Source: an uncultured Bacteroidales bacterium (GTDB lineage Bacteria; Bacteroidota; Bacteroidia; Bacteroidales; BM520). Taken from it: a stretch of DNA of 64,000 nt. Location: assembly GCA_964594665.1 (NCBI GenBank), contig CAZQNY010000001.1:77030-141029 (forward strand), read 5' to 3'. Shown piece after piece: positions 8,881-17,417 of the stretch; positions within the stretch are counted from its first letter, which is position 1; every line of letters starts with the position of its first letter. A program made the translations under genes and the position numbers. Below the pieces are notes generated by a model that had not been told where the DNA came from, ran no database searches, and saw only the letters and a list, made by a program, of their open reading frames with translations.

Positions 8881-11800
8881 ATTTTTCAGAAATCGTTCTC
8901 ACCACAGGGATGTCTTCTCCAAGATATTCGTTCCACTCTTCTGAAGTTAATTCCCGTTTAATATCATGCTTTATTTTTTTTGCTAATTCTTCTATATCTA
9001 CAGACTGAATAATTATGTTTCTATCCAGTCCTCCGCTAATAATTTTTTTATGTCCTGAATCATATGCCAAAGAAGTAACCCATCCGTCATGATTCTGTAT
9101 TATAACAGGTTGTGATTCCGGGTTCTGTGTGTTCCGGATTTTAATGGTGTTATCTAAACTTCCGGTGGCAAGGTATTTTCCCTGATGAATATATTGGATA
9201 GATGTCACCCGGGAAATATGTGAATCGATTTTTACAGGCTCCGACGATGATGAAGCGCCAAGAAAAACTAATGTGCCATCCTCATAACCTATGGATAAAC
9301 TATTGGTAACAGAATCACAACCAATTGCAGATACAGGCTTCATTACCTTATTATAAAGGTCCTCCACTTCCATTTTAAATGGATCAAAGCGTAAAAACGA
9401 ACCATTATCCAGACCGATAAGATATGCGCTGTGGCAGGTTTTAATAGCAGTGACGTCCGAGTCAAAAGAGTAGAGCAGGGCAGGAGCACTCTCCTGATTT
9501 TGGCTCCATGAATAAATTGCTTTCCCTCCATTAGTAAAAACAATATTATTTTTATCGTCGTACAGAACTTTATTAACCGGATTACCATTAGGTAATGTAA
9601 AAGACGTAACTTCCTGTGTACCATTGTCTATAACAATAATTCCTCCATCTACAGTACCCAGACAGGACGTATTTTCATCATCAGAAATCGCAAAACTTTT
9701 AATATCATAGTACTGCCGGGGGCTGAATACTGTGGTGAGTTGCTCTATTCCCTTTTCGCCAATTTTCCATTTGGCAATAGTACCATCCTTACTGCATGAA
9801 TAAAAAAATGATGATTTCTTCTGGCTGATAGCTACAATTTGATCAGGATGATTTCTTAAAAAGGTTATATTCTTTGAAATATTTGATAATGCATTAAAAA
9901 TATCCGGATCGTAGGGTAGTCCTCCGTTTTCTTTATTTAACCTGTAGGATTGAAGAGCGAGAAGTCGGGGCAAATCATCACTTTGTGATTTATTCATCTG
10001 GTTGGCTTTAACAGAAAGTGCTTTTGCCAATGATAACATCCGCAGTTTAAAGGCCTTTTCTTCATTTTTCTCAGCTATGGTGCGCTGTTCATTTGCAATA
10101 ATTGTTTGCTCAACCGCCTTGGAACGCTGCATATCAGCTTCATCACGGGCAATAATGGCCTCTTTTTGGGAGGCGAGAGCTTTTTCCCGTTCAGTCTCAG
10201 CAATTACTGTTTGACGTTCCGCCACATGTTGTTGCGACAAGGCATATTCACGTTGTGCTTCAGTGATAAGTTTTTGTTGATTGGAAATTTCCCGTTGCTG
10301 ATCGGAAATCCGTGTTTGAATAATTGCCTGTTTCCTTTGTTGCTCTGCCTTTTCTTTTTCAGCCAAAGCAAGATGCTCATTTTCCCGGGCAAGGGCTGCT
10401 GAAGCCTCAGCCTCAAATCTGAGATTCAGCGAAAAGACCAGAAATAATATGGATATCAACGAGGCAAAGCCCAGAAAAACAGAAGTATACCGTGCTCTTC
10501 GTAAATTTCTCTTTTGGCGCTCCTTTTCCAGCATTATCTTTGTATTAAATGCTTGGGAACTTATCTCCAAAAAGTTCATGGCATTCTCAAAAGAAGCATT
10601 GATACGTTCTCCCCAACAGGCATTTGGCTTCATCTTGTCGCGCCATGCCAGGGCAAGATTTAACTCCGGATTCACCCATAAACCACCTTCCCCCTGCTGA
10701 TATAATTGAGCTGAAGCAACCAGGCGTAAATATACGTCTACAGAAGAGCGCTCCTCAAGAACCCATTCGTTTAAACGGCCCCAGATCCGCATGATGCTTT
10801 CATGTGAAATATTAATTGCAGTATCCTCGTTTATCGATACCTGGTAGGGTGGCATCAAAAAAGCACATTCCGGGACTCTGAATTTGTTGATTACTTCCAA
10901 TAGGGTCTGATAATCAGTATTGCATAAATTTATAAGCTCATGTACCGTTGCTGACCTGCGGGTATTTTTTCCGTCATTTGGGTTTACGAGACTCCTGAAA
11001 ACCATACCGGCAATACGCTTTGATTTTTCGTCAGGTAAAGAATTATACACTTCTTCAGCGTGTTGGTTTAATGCAGAGGATACTGTTCCAATTGCCTGAT
11101 AATGAACCTGTGAAATGGGTTCATTATTGGAGCTGTTTCGTTGCCAGTATTCCCACGTTCTCATCAACGCATGTTGCAGTACAGGAAGCTGGTCTTTTTT
11201 TTCCGATACCTCATTTAATAAGATATCAACAAGGTTCTCATCAATCGCCGCTCCAAAATATTCTATGGGTCCTTTGATCGCCGCTCGTTGCTCTTCGCGG
11301 GTCATCTCCGGAACCAAATAGTAACTCTGATTAATAAGATCGTTGAATTCACGGAAATGAGTGCACTCATCAAGGAAGTCTGTGCGCATTGACACAATTG
11401 TTTTTAATGGAATGACATCCTGTTTTTGAGCCTCAATGATATGATTAATAAATGTTGAGTTTCTTTTCTGACTATTCTTGCCGGTGTAACTGAATAATTC
11501 CTCAAATTGGTCAATAATTAAAAATATTCTCTGGGTAGAATTAAACAAAGATTGAATGAATCTCGAAAATGTGCCGTCTTCCTTAGTAAGCAAATCCTGT
11601 AAATTGACTGTTTCTTTGTCAGAAAAACTTTTTGTCGATTTAGAAATAAAGGCATTTACCAGTTCATTTAAAGGATCATTGCCTGGTTTAAATAGTATTG
11701 TAATCCACTCTTCAGCACTATTCATTTCTGGAATGATTCCCGCATTTATCAATGATGATTTTCCGCATCCACTGGCTCCGCTCACAATTACAAAGTTATG

Positions 11801-11920
11801 AGTTGCAAGCATTTCCTTTAATATTGCAACCTGTTTTTTGCGACCATAAAAATACGATGACTCATTTACTGAGTAACTGCGGATTCCCGGGAATGGATTT
11901 AAAGTATTTTTTATTGACAT
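8867..11920 (-). CDS. STAND P-loop NTPase (nSTAND/NACHT-like) - single TM - long coiled coil - WD40 beta-propeller
   Basis: 1017-aa ORF. N-terminus NPFPGIRSYSVNESSYFYGRKKQ. Walker A VSGASGCGKSS, Walker B LIIDQFEELF, then LPVLQHALMRTW and ISHESIMRIWGRLNEWV, which are motifs typical of WD40-linked STAND NTPases. The basic stretch KERQKRNLRRAR is followed by the hydrophobic helix VFLGFASLISILFLVFSLNL. A Q/E/A/R-rich heptad region of ~150 aa follows. The C-terminus has WD40-like blades (SKDGTIAKWKI, GSLDNTIKIRN, GGLDRNIIIQS). It overlaps the downstream receptor gene by 14 nt. Confidence 0.8.
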   Translation of the reverse strand: MSIKNTLNPFPGIRSYSVNESSYFYGRKKQVAILKEMLATHNFVIVSGASGCGKSSLINAGIIPEMNSAEEWITILFKPGNDPLNELVNAFISKSTKSFSDKETVNLQDLLTKEDGTFSRFIQSLFNSTQRIFLIIDQFEELFSYTGKNSQKRNSTFINHIIEAQKQDVIPLKTIVSMRTDFLDECTHFREFNDLINQSYYLVPEMTREEQRAAIKGPIEYFGAAIDENLVDILLNEVSEKKDQLPVLQHALMRTWEYWQRNSSNNEPISQVHYQAIGTVSSALNQHAEEVYNSLPDEKSKRIAGMVFRSLVNPNDGKNTRRSATVHELINLCNTDYQTLLEVINKFRVPECAFLMPPYQVSINEDTAINISHESIMRIWGRLNEWVLEERSSVDVYLRLVASAQLYQQGEGGLWVNPELNLALAWRDKMKPNACWGERINASFENAMNFLEISSQAFNTKIMLEKERQKRNLRRARYTSVFLGFASLISILFLVFSLNLRFEAEASAALARENEHLALAEKEKAEQQRKQAIIQTRISDQQREISNQQKLITEAQREYALSQQHVAERQTVIAETEREKALASQKEAIIARDEADMQRSKAVEQTIIANEQRTIAEKNEEKAFKLRMLSLAKALSVKANQMNKSQSDDLPRLLALQSYRLNKENGGLPYDPDIFNALSNISKNITFLRNHPDQIVAISQKKSSFFYSCSKDGTIAKWKIGEKGIEQLTTVFSPRQYYDIKSFAISDDENTSCLGTVDGGIIVIDNGTQEVTSFTLPNGNPVNKVLYDDKNNIVFTNGGKAIYSWSQNQESAPALLYSFDSDVTAIKTCHSAYLIGLDNGSFLRFDPFKMEVEDLYNKVMKPVSAIGCDSVTNSLSIGYEDGTLVFLGASSSSEPVKIDSHISRVTSIQYIHQGKYLATGSLDNTIKIRNTQNPESQPVIIQNHDGWVTSLAYDSGHKKIISGGLDRNIIIQSVDIEELAKKIKHDIKRELTSEEWNEYLGEDIPVVRTISEKYEKQ

Positions 11921-12104
11921 TGGAGAATATTCATATGATTCCGTATTATTGTTTTTTTTGTATTTTGGTCAATCATATTTCATAATACATGCTAAGGTAC
12001 AAAAAAAAACATCCAGCTACTTTTTTACTGTTTATTTGTTTAATCATTAATTTTTCATTCGTATTACAGTAAAACAAAAGCAAACGACATAATAAAATAA
12101 GCGT

Positions 12105-15100
12105 ATGAATAAAATAGTAAAATTTATTGGCTCTTTAAAATTAGCCGGTATTATATTAATAGTATTATCTGTAGTATTGGCTTTTGCAACATTTATTGAG
12201 AATGATTTTGGTGCTTTGCATGCAAAAAATGTAGTTTACAATACATGGTGGTTCGAGGTGCTTTTGTTTATTCTTGCAATTAACCTCATAGGGTCAATAT
12301 TTTATCTTAAACTGTTTTCAGGTAAAAAATACTCAAGAATAGTCTTTCATATCGCATTTGTATTTATTCTTGCAGGAGGATTCTTTACCAAGCACCTTGC
12401 CATGGAAGGAATGATGCATATCCGGGAAGGTGACTGCTCAGCTGAAGTATTAATGGATCAATCCACTCTTTCCATTGAACTGCAATCTCAGAATTTTAGC
12501 GTCTCTAAATCCTATCCTGCAAATGTTAATGACTTTCAAAAAATCGATGAAATAGACCTCTCTTCAGTAGGAAAAACAAAAATTGACATCTATCATTACC
12601 CTGTTCCTAATGTACCGGTTATTTATGACTCCGAATCAGGAGAACCCACACTGGTCATTATGTTCGCTTCAAAATATCGCTCATTCGCTCTTGGTTTTGT
12701 TGAAGGACAAACAATGATTCTGGATGGCACTGAGATTGGTTTTAATACCGGTTCAGACCAGGGATTGCAATTCATCTACGAAAAAGATTCTCTCTCAATA
12801 GTTTATACCAATGATCTGAGTGTTCGACACATGATGGGAGATGGGGGAGAAGGCATGCTGTTGAAAAAAAATATCCGTCACCCTTTGACGTCATACGCCA
12901 TATATGAAACTGAAGATTTTCGGTTTGTCCTGACTGATTTTAATGCCAACGGAATAATTCGTTATGAACAGGAAAACAGCCCGCAACAAGCTGCTCCTGA
13001 AATGTTATTGGTTGTACAATCCCCCCAGCAGGTTTTATTCTTCCCTGTTCCAAAGTCTGAAGTTGCAATGGATCCAAATGTTTTTATATATAATGATATG
13101 AAAATTAAAGCCACATGGCAGCCGGCAACACTTTCATTGCCTTTCTCTGTCTGTCTGGAAAATTTTCACATAGAACGTTATCCCGGCTCGCAAAGCCCTT
13201 CAGAATACCGGAGTATGGTTACTCTTGACGATCAAAACAAAAATGTCTCCTTCCCATTTGAAATATATATGAATAATATCCTTAAATATAATGGCTATCG
13301 GTTTTATCAGAGTTCCTTTGATCAGGATGAAAAAGGAACAATTTTATCGGTGCGAAAAGACAGAATAGGGACTACACTTACCTATATCGGTTATTTTTTG
13401 ATGATATTTGGTATGCTATGGGCTCTGGTTGATAAAAAAAGCCGTTTCAGAACGCAGCTTAAATCACTGGCATCACAAAAAACCGTAAAAGCTATTCTTT
13501 TTATTGCATTAATTTTCAGTGGAATAACTGTTGCTGCACAGGAAAAGACCATAACCCCTGATAAAGATATTGCCAACCAATTCGGAAAGCTACAGGTATT
13601 GGGCGCTAATGGCCGTCTGATGCCCGTTAATACTCTCACCGATGAAGTATTACGAACCCTCTATGGCAAAAACCATTATAATGGTATGACTTCTGACCAG
13701 GTGATCCTTTCCATGATTGCAAATCCTCAAACATGGATGAATCAGAAAATTCTTAAAGTAAAATTTGAAGATCTTAAACAACGCCTGGGCCTTAATGCTT
13801 CATATGCCTCATTTAATGATATCGTTGATTCTGAAACAGGTAATTACAGACTTAGCAAGGATATAGAAGACGCCTACAATAAAAAAGCCAATTACCGGAC
13901 AAAATACGATCGTGAGGTAATAAAAATTGATGAAAGACTCAATGTGCTTTACCTGATTCTTACCAATCGCTATATAAAACTATATCCGGTAGAGCAGGAG
14001 GGTAGCTCGGTATGGCTCGCATCTTCACATAATCTGACAGGATTATCGCAGCATGATTCCATTTATATTGCCAACACAGAGTCAGAACTGGCAGAAGCAC
14101 TGATGAGCAGAAACAGTGTCAGGGCAACAACCATACTTGAAGACATTAAGCAATTTCAGGTTGCCAATGCCGGATCGGATATTATACCCGAAAGAAAAAT
14201 TAATGCAGAGATATTTTCCAACAAGGTGGATGTATTTAACCGTTTATGGCGCTTTTACAGCCTTTTTGGTTTTTTTATGATTATCGTTTTTATAGTAAAT
14301 GTTGCAAAGCCATTCAAACGGTATAGCTGGATGAGTAAAGTAGGTTTTATTCACCTGGCAGTAGCTTTTGCTATTCATACCGGAGCACTTGGATTACGAT
14401 GGTATATCTCCGGGCATGCTCCCTGGAGTAATGGTTATGAATCTCTCGTTTTTATGGCCTGGTCGGCAATGCTTGCCGGTATATTGTTTTATAAACGTGA
14501 GCCATTTGCACTTTGGTCCACATCAGTGCTGACCGCTATGGTACTAATGGTTGCTCATCTGTCATGGATGAATCCCCAGATATCAAACCTGGTTCCGGTG
14601 CTGAAATCAGTATGGCTGACAATACATGTCTCGGTGATCACCTCAAGTTATGGATTTCTCGGGCTCTCAGCCATTATTGGCTTGTCGGCAATTATCCTTC
14701 AGATTGCTTCAGGTACTACCGTTAAAACGAATATCGACAATGCCATAAACAGATTAACGACCATATCAGAGGTGATTATGATCCCCGGACTATATATGCT
14801 CACAATCGGGACTTTCCTCGGAGCTATTTGGGCAAATGTTTCATGGGGAAGATATTGGGGCTGGGATCCAAAAGAAACATGGGCGCTAATTACAATTTTT
14901 GTTTATTCCTTTGTGATTCATATGAAATATATTCCCGGCCTTAAAAGCAGGTATATCTTCAATGTAATGTCGGTGGTGGCCTTTTTTAGTATTTTAATGA
15001 CCTATTTTGGTGTGAATTATTATTTATCAGGGCTCCATAGCTATGCAGGAGGAGATCCGGTACCAATACCTGTTTGGCTATATTTTGCGATTGGTGGGCT

Positions 15101-15173
15101 TGTTGTACTGTTTGTGACAGGAAATTATATGCATAATGCGTCTAAAAAGAATATTAAACCAGGCAGAAAATAG
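12105..15173 (+). CDS. ccsBA: Fused cytochrome c biogenesis protein CcsBA (ResB-like N-terminal part plus CcsA haem-handling part)
   Basis: 1022-aa ORF. The N-terminal part has TM helices and a large soluble loop (GYRFYQSSFDQDEKGTILSV). The C-terminal polytopic part carries the WWD motif WGRYWGWDPKETWALITIF. Confidence 0.85.
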   Translation: MNKIVKFIGSLKLAGIILIVLSVVLAFATFIENDFGALHAKNVVYNTWWFEVLLFILAINLIGSIFYLKLFSGKKYSRIVFHIAFVFILAGGFFTKHLAMEGMMHIREGDCSAEVLMDQSTLSIELQSQNFSVSKSYPANVNDFQKIDEIDLSSVGKTKIDIYHYPVPNVPVIYDSESGEPTLVIMFASKYRSFALGFVEGQTMILDGTEIGFNTGSDQGLQFIYEKDSLSIVYTNDLSVRHMMGDGGEGMLLKKNIRHPLTSYAIYETEDFRFVLTDFNANGIIRYEQENSPQQAAPEMLLVVQSPQQVLFFPVPKSEVAMDPNVFIYNDMKIKATWQPATLSLPFSVCLENFHIERYPGSQSPSEYRSMVTLDDQNKNVSFPFEIYMNNILKYNGYRFYQSSFDQDEKGTILSVRKDRIGTTLTYIGYFLMIFGMLWALVDKKSRFRTQLKSLASQKTVKAILFIALIFSGITVAAQEKTITPDKDIANQFGKLQVLGANGRLMPVNTLTDEVLRTLYGKNHYNGMTSDQVILSMIANPQTWMNQKILKVKFEDLKQRLGLNASYASFNDIVDSETGNYRLSKDIEDAYNKKANYRTKYDREVIKIDERLNVLYLILTNRYIKLYPVEQEGSSVWLASSHNLTGLSQHDSIYIANTESELAEALMSRNSVRATTILEDIKQFQVANAGSDIIPERKINAEIFSNKVDVFNRLWRFYSLFGFFMIIVFIVNVAKPFKRYSWMSKVGFIHLAVAFAIHTGALGLRWYISGHAPWSNGYESLVFMAWSAMLAGILFYKREPFALWSTSVLTAMVLMVAHLSWMNPQISNLVPVLKSVWLTIHVSVITSSYGFLGLSAIIGLSAIILQIASGTTVKTNIDNAINRLTTISEVIMIPGLYMLTIGTFLGAIWANVSWGRYWGWDPKETWALITIFVYSFVIHMKYIPGLKSRYIFNVMSVVAFFSILMTYFGVNYYLSGLHSYAGGDPVPIPVWLYFAIGGLVVLFVTGNYMHNASKKNIKPGRK

Positions 15174-15216
15174 AAAGCAGCTGAAATAATTATTAGTTTT
15201 GAAAAAACATTATAAA

Positions 15217-16008
15217 ATGAATCTACGATATCTCCTGGTGACAGGGTTGTCAGTATTTCTGCTGGTTATTTCTGCCAGGGCCCAGGATGTTAATGTATAC
15301 AACGATGATGAAGGCTCAAAATCCTTTATCGCAGCGGGAGGGGGTTTAAGTATTCCTGCCGGATTATATGGCTCCTCAGGTACTGGAAGTGATGGCTTTG
15401 CCCTCCCGGGCGTCGGTGTATTTGCCGAAGGAGCAAAATTCAGTCGCTTTTTTGGGTTTGGAATACGTGCAGGATATAACCGTCATTTTATGAATATCTC
15501 CGATTTTCAGGAATATTCATTCGGCGGAATACCTGAAGATGCCACCTTCTCGGCCGATGTTTCAGGCAATTACACCATTATCACTGCAATGGCCGGCATT
15601 TACACAACAATGAGCCTCTTCCCATGGCTTCAGATAAATGGAAAAGCACTCTATGGACCCCATTTTATTTCCATACCCGAATTCAGCTTTTCTTATTACA
15701 ATGAATATGAATTTCAGGGCCAAACATTAATCGATGACTGGAAAGAAGAACATTATGCTGCAAACGACTGGCAGTTTGGATACATGATTGGACTTGGAGC
15801 CAGAATAAAACCCTCCAGCGACTGGAGCCTGAATATTGGCTGGGATTATTCTGAATCTAATCAATCGGTCGCTTATACTTCCAACGAATCAGGAATATTA
15901 CACGATGAAATAGGAAACCCACAGGTGGGACTGGGTGAGCAGCAACATTTTTTTAATATGAAATTTCGCTATATGGTTGTCTCTGCCGGAATAAGCATCT
16001 TTCTTTAA
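15217..16008 (+). CDS. Outer-membrane beta-barrel (porin-family) protein
   Basis: The ORF track starts at a TTG (15199); the first ATG gives MNLRYLLVTGLSVFLLVISARAQD, a signal peptide. The protein shows an alternating aromatic/Gly-rich beta-strand pattern and a hydrophobic C-terminus (VVSAGISIFL). Confidence 0.6.
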   Translation: MNLRYLLVTGLSVFLLVISARAQDVNVYNDDEGSKSFIAAGGGLSIPAGLYGSSGTGSDGFALPGVGVFAEGAKFSRFFGFGIRAGYNRHFMNISDFQEYSFGGIPEDATFSADVSGNYTIITAMAGIYTTMSLFPWLQINGKALYGPHFISIPEFSFSYYNEYEFQGQTLIDDWKEEHYAANDWQFGYMIGLGARIKPSSDWSLNIGWDYSESNQSVAYTSNESGILHDEIGNPQVGLGEQQHFFNMKFRYMVVSAGISIFL

Positions 16009-17216
16009 CCCCCTGCAGCATCGTTTGAACCTTTCGGGCGCATATTCTGCATATTTGCTTCCAGCTTTTTGCGTAATGGCTGAAAATATTCCCGTATCAA
16101 TCGCCACTTATCAGGATAACCTGACAGTAATTGGGTCATCTGATTTCCATAACGGGAAAGCCACTGTGATATGGCAGACGCTGTTACTGTTGGATGCATC
16201 ACATTACCCAGAGAGGTTCCGGTTAATTTACTCCCTGAAACATAAACTATTGATGCCGCTTTTTCCAGCTTATTAAGGTATTCCTCCGCTTCGTTCAGAT
16301 TTTGAATGGATACTAATTTAACATCCTCATGCAATTCGGCCTCTTGTCCATACTGGATATGAAAATCCATGATAATGACAGGGTCTCCGGGCGACTCTGT
16401 AAGATTCGCAGCGAAAAATACTGCCCGATGAATAATGTTTTCCAATTGATCCAGATCTCCGGAATAATGCATTAGCTTGTGCTGTGCGGATTCATGATAG
16501 CGCATCGGACGTACATACTCCTGTGACTCTCTGGTCAGCAGAAAGCTACAATACCTGAATATACGCTCCTGTGCTGATGTCTCAGTAATGGTCAGGCGTT
16601 TTTGCAGGTGCTCGATTTCCTTCGTTACATTGCCAACCAGATTCATGAGCATTTTATGATGTTCCCGACGATCTTTTTCATCCTGGTACATTTCATTAAA
16701 CACACCTGCCAGCAATGAGCCCATAGCCACTTTGGTCTGCTTGTATATCACCTCTTCTTCGCCTGTATTCCCCAGGGTGCTCACTCCACGAATAAAATAT
16801 AAAAACAGTAAATCATAATCCGTTGCAACAGGGGTAGGCAGACGCAATAGTAATACACTCTCGGAAAGCGCTGTCATTAATGTTTGCCCTTCCGGATTAT
16901 AACTATTTATCTCAAAATTTAGCTGACTCAGATCAAACCACTCCCAGGGCTGCGAACGCTTCCGCATTGCCCGGATATGATCCATTTTTGTTTGGTTGGG
17001 TAATTCAGCGGTCTCATAACGATTGCGTCTATCCGTATACGCGGCAGCAATTTTATCGTTTTCGATACTGCGGAAAAACAGGACAGCCTTTTCCAGGCCG
17101 GGGATAAACCGGCATAACCTGGGTAATATCGTTGTGGCAAAATTTGTATCTCCTGCTATTCCTGTCATGTTTCTCGTCGAATTGGCTTCTACAAAGATAA
17201 TGTATTTTTTTAACAA
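16005..17216 (-). CDS. Orphan regulator-like protein: GAF-like N-terminal half, then a remnant of a sigma-54-activator AAA+ lid, then a probable C-terminal HTH; no Walker A seen
   Basis: 403-aa ORF with a TTG start at 17216; the first ATG is at 17168. The segment ERIFRYCSFLLTRESQEYVRPMRYHESAQHKLMHYSGDLDQLENIIHRAVFF parallels the EBP pattern ..DI..L..hFL......ls.eA...L..Y.WPGNVRELEN.IeRAv. The C-terminal KLTGTSLGNVMHPTVTASAISQWLSRY is HTH-like. I found no GxxGxGK[ST]. Confidence 0.4.
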   Translation of the reverse strand: MLKKYIIFVEANSTRNMTGIAGDTNFATTILPRLCRFIPGLEKAVLFFRSIENDKIAAAYTDRRNRYETAELPNQTKMDHIRAMRKRSQPWEWFDLSQLNFEINSYNPEGQTLMTALSESVLLLRLPTPVATDYDLLFLYFIRGVSTLGNTGEEEVIYKQTKVAMGSLLAGVFNEMYQDEKDRREHHKMLMNLVGNVTKEIEHLQKRLTITETSAQERIFRYCSFLLTRESQEYVRPMRYHESAQHKLMHYSGDLDQLENIIHRAVFFAANLTESPGDPVIIMDFHIQYGQEAELHEDVKLVSIQNLNEAEEYLNKLEKAASIVYVSGSKLTGTSLGNVMHPTVTASAISQWLSRYGNQMTQLLSGYPDKWRLIREYFQPLRKKLEANMQNMRPKGSNDAAGG

Positions 17217-17417
17217 ATATTAGCTGTATGCTTAATTTATTTTTAAGCCAAACAGGAATTCATATAACAGATAAAAGAAAAATATTAGTGACTTAAATAC
17301 CGCTTAAAAGGAAAATCTTTAAAAAGATTAATCTTAATAATGTTGATTTACAGTGTTTTGAGAATGTAATTTTGTCTCTGACTTCGTATTTATTAATCAT
17401 AAATCCTTCTAAGTATT

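Noticed and set aside
9970-10420. Possible DNA tandem repeat or CRISPR-like periodicity in the STAND gene
   Set aside because: The periodicity is at the protein level (heptad coiled coil) with a diverse codon sequence. There are no identical DNA repeat units or spacers. I saw no CRISPR array anywhere in the window.
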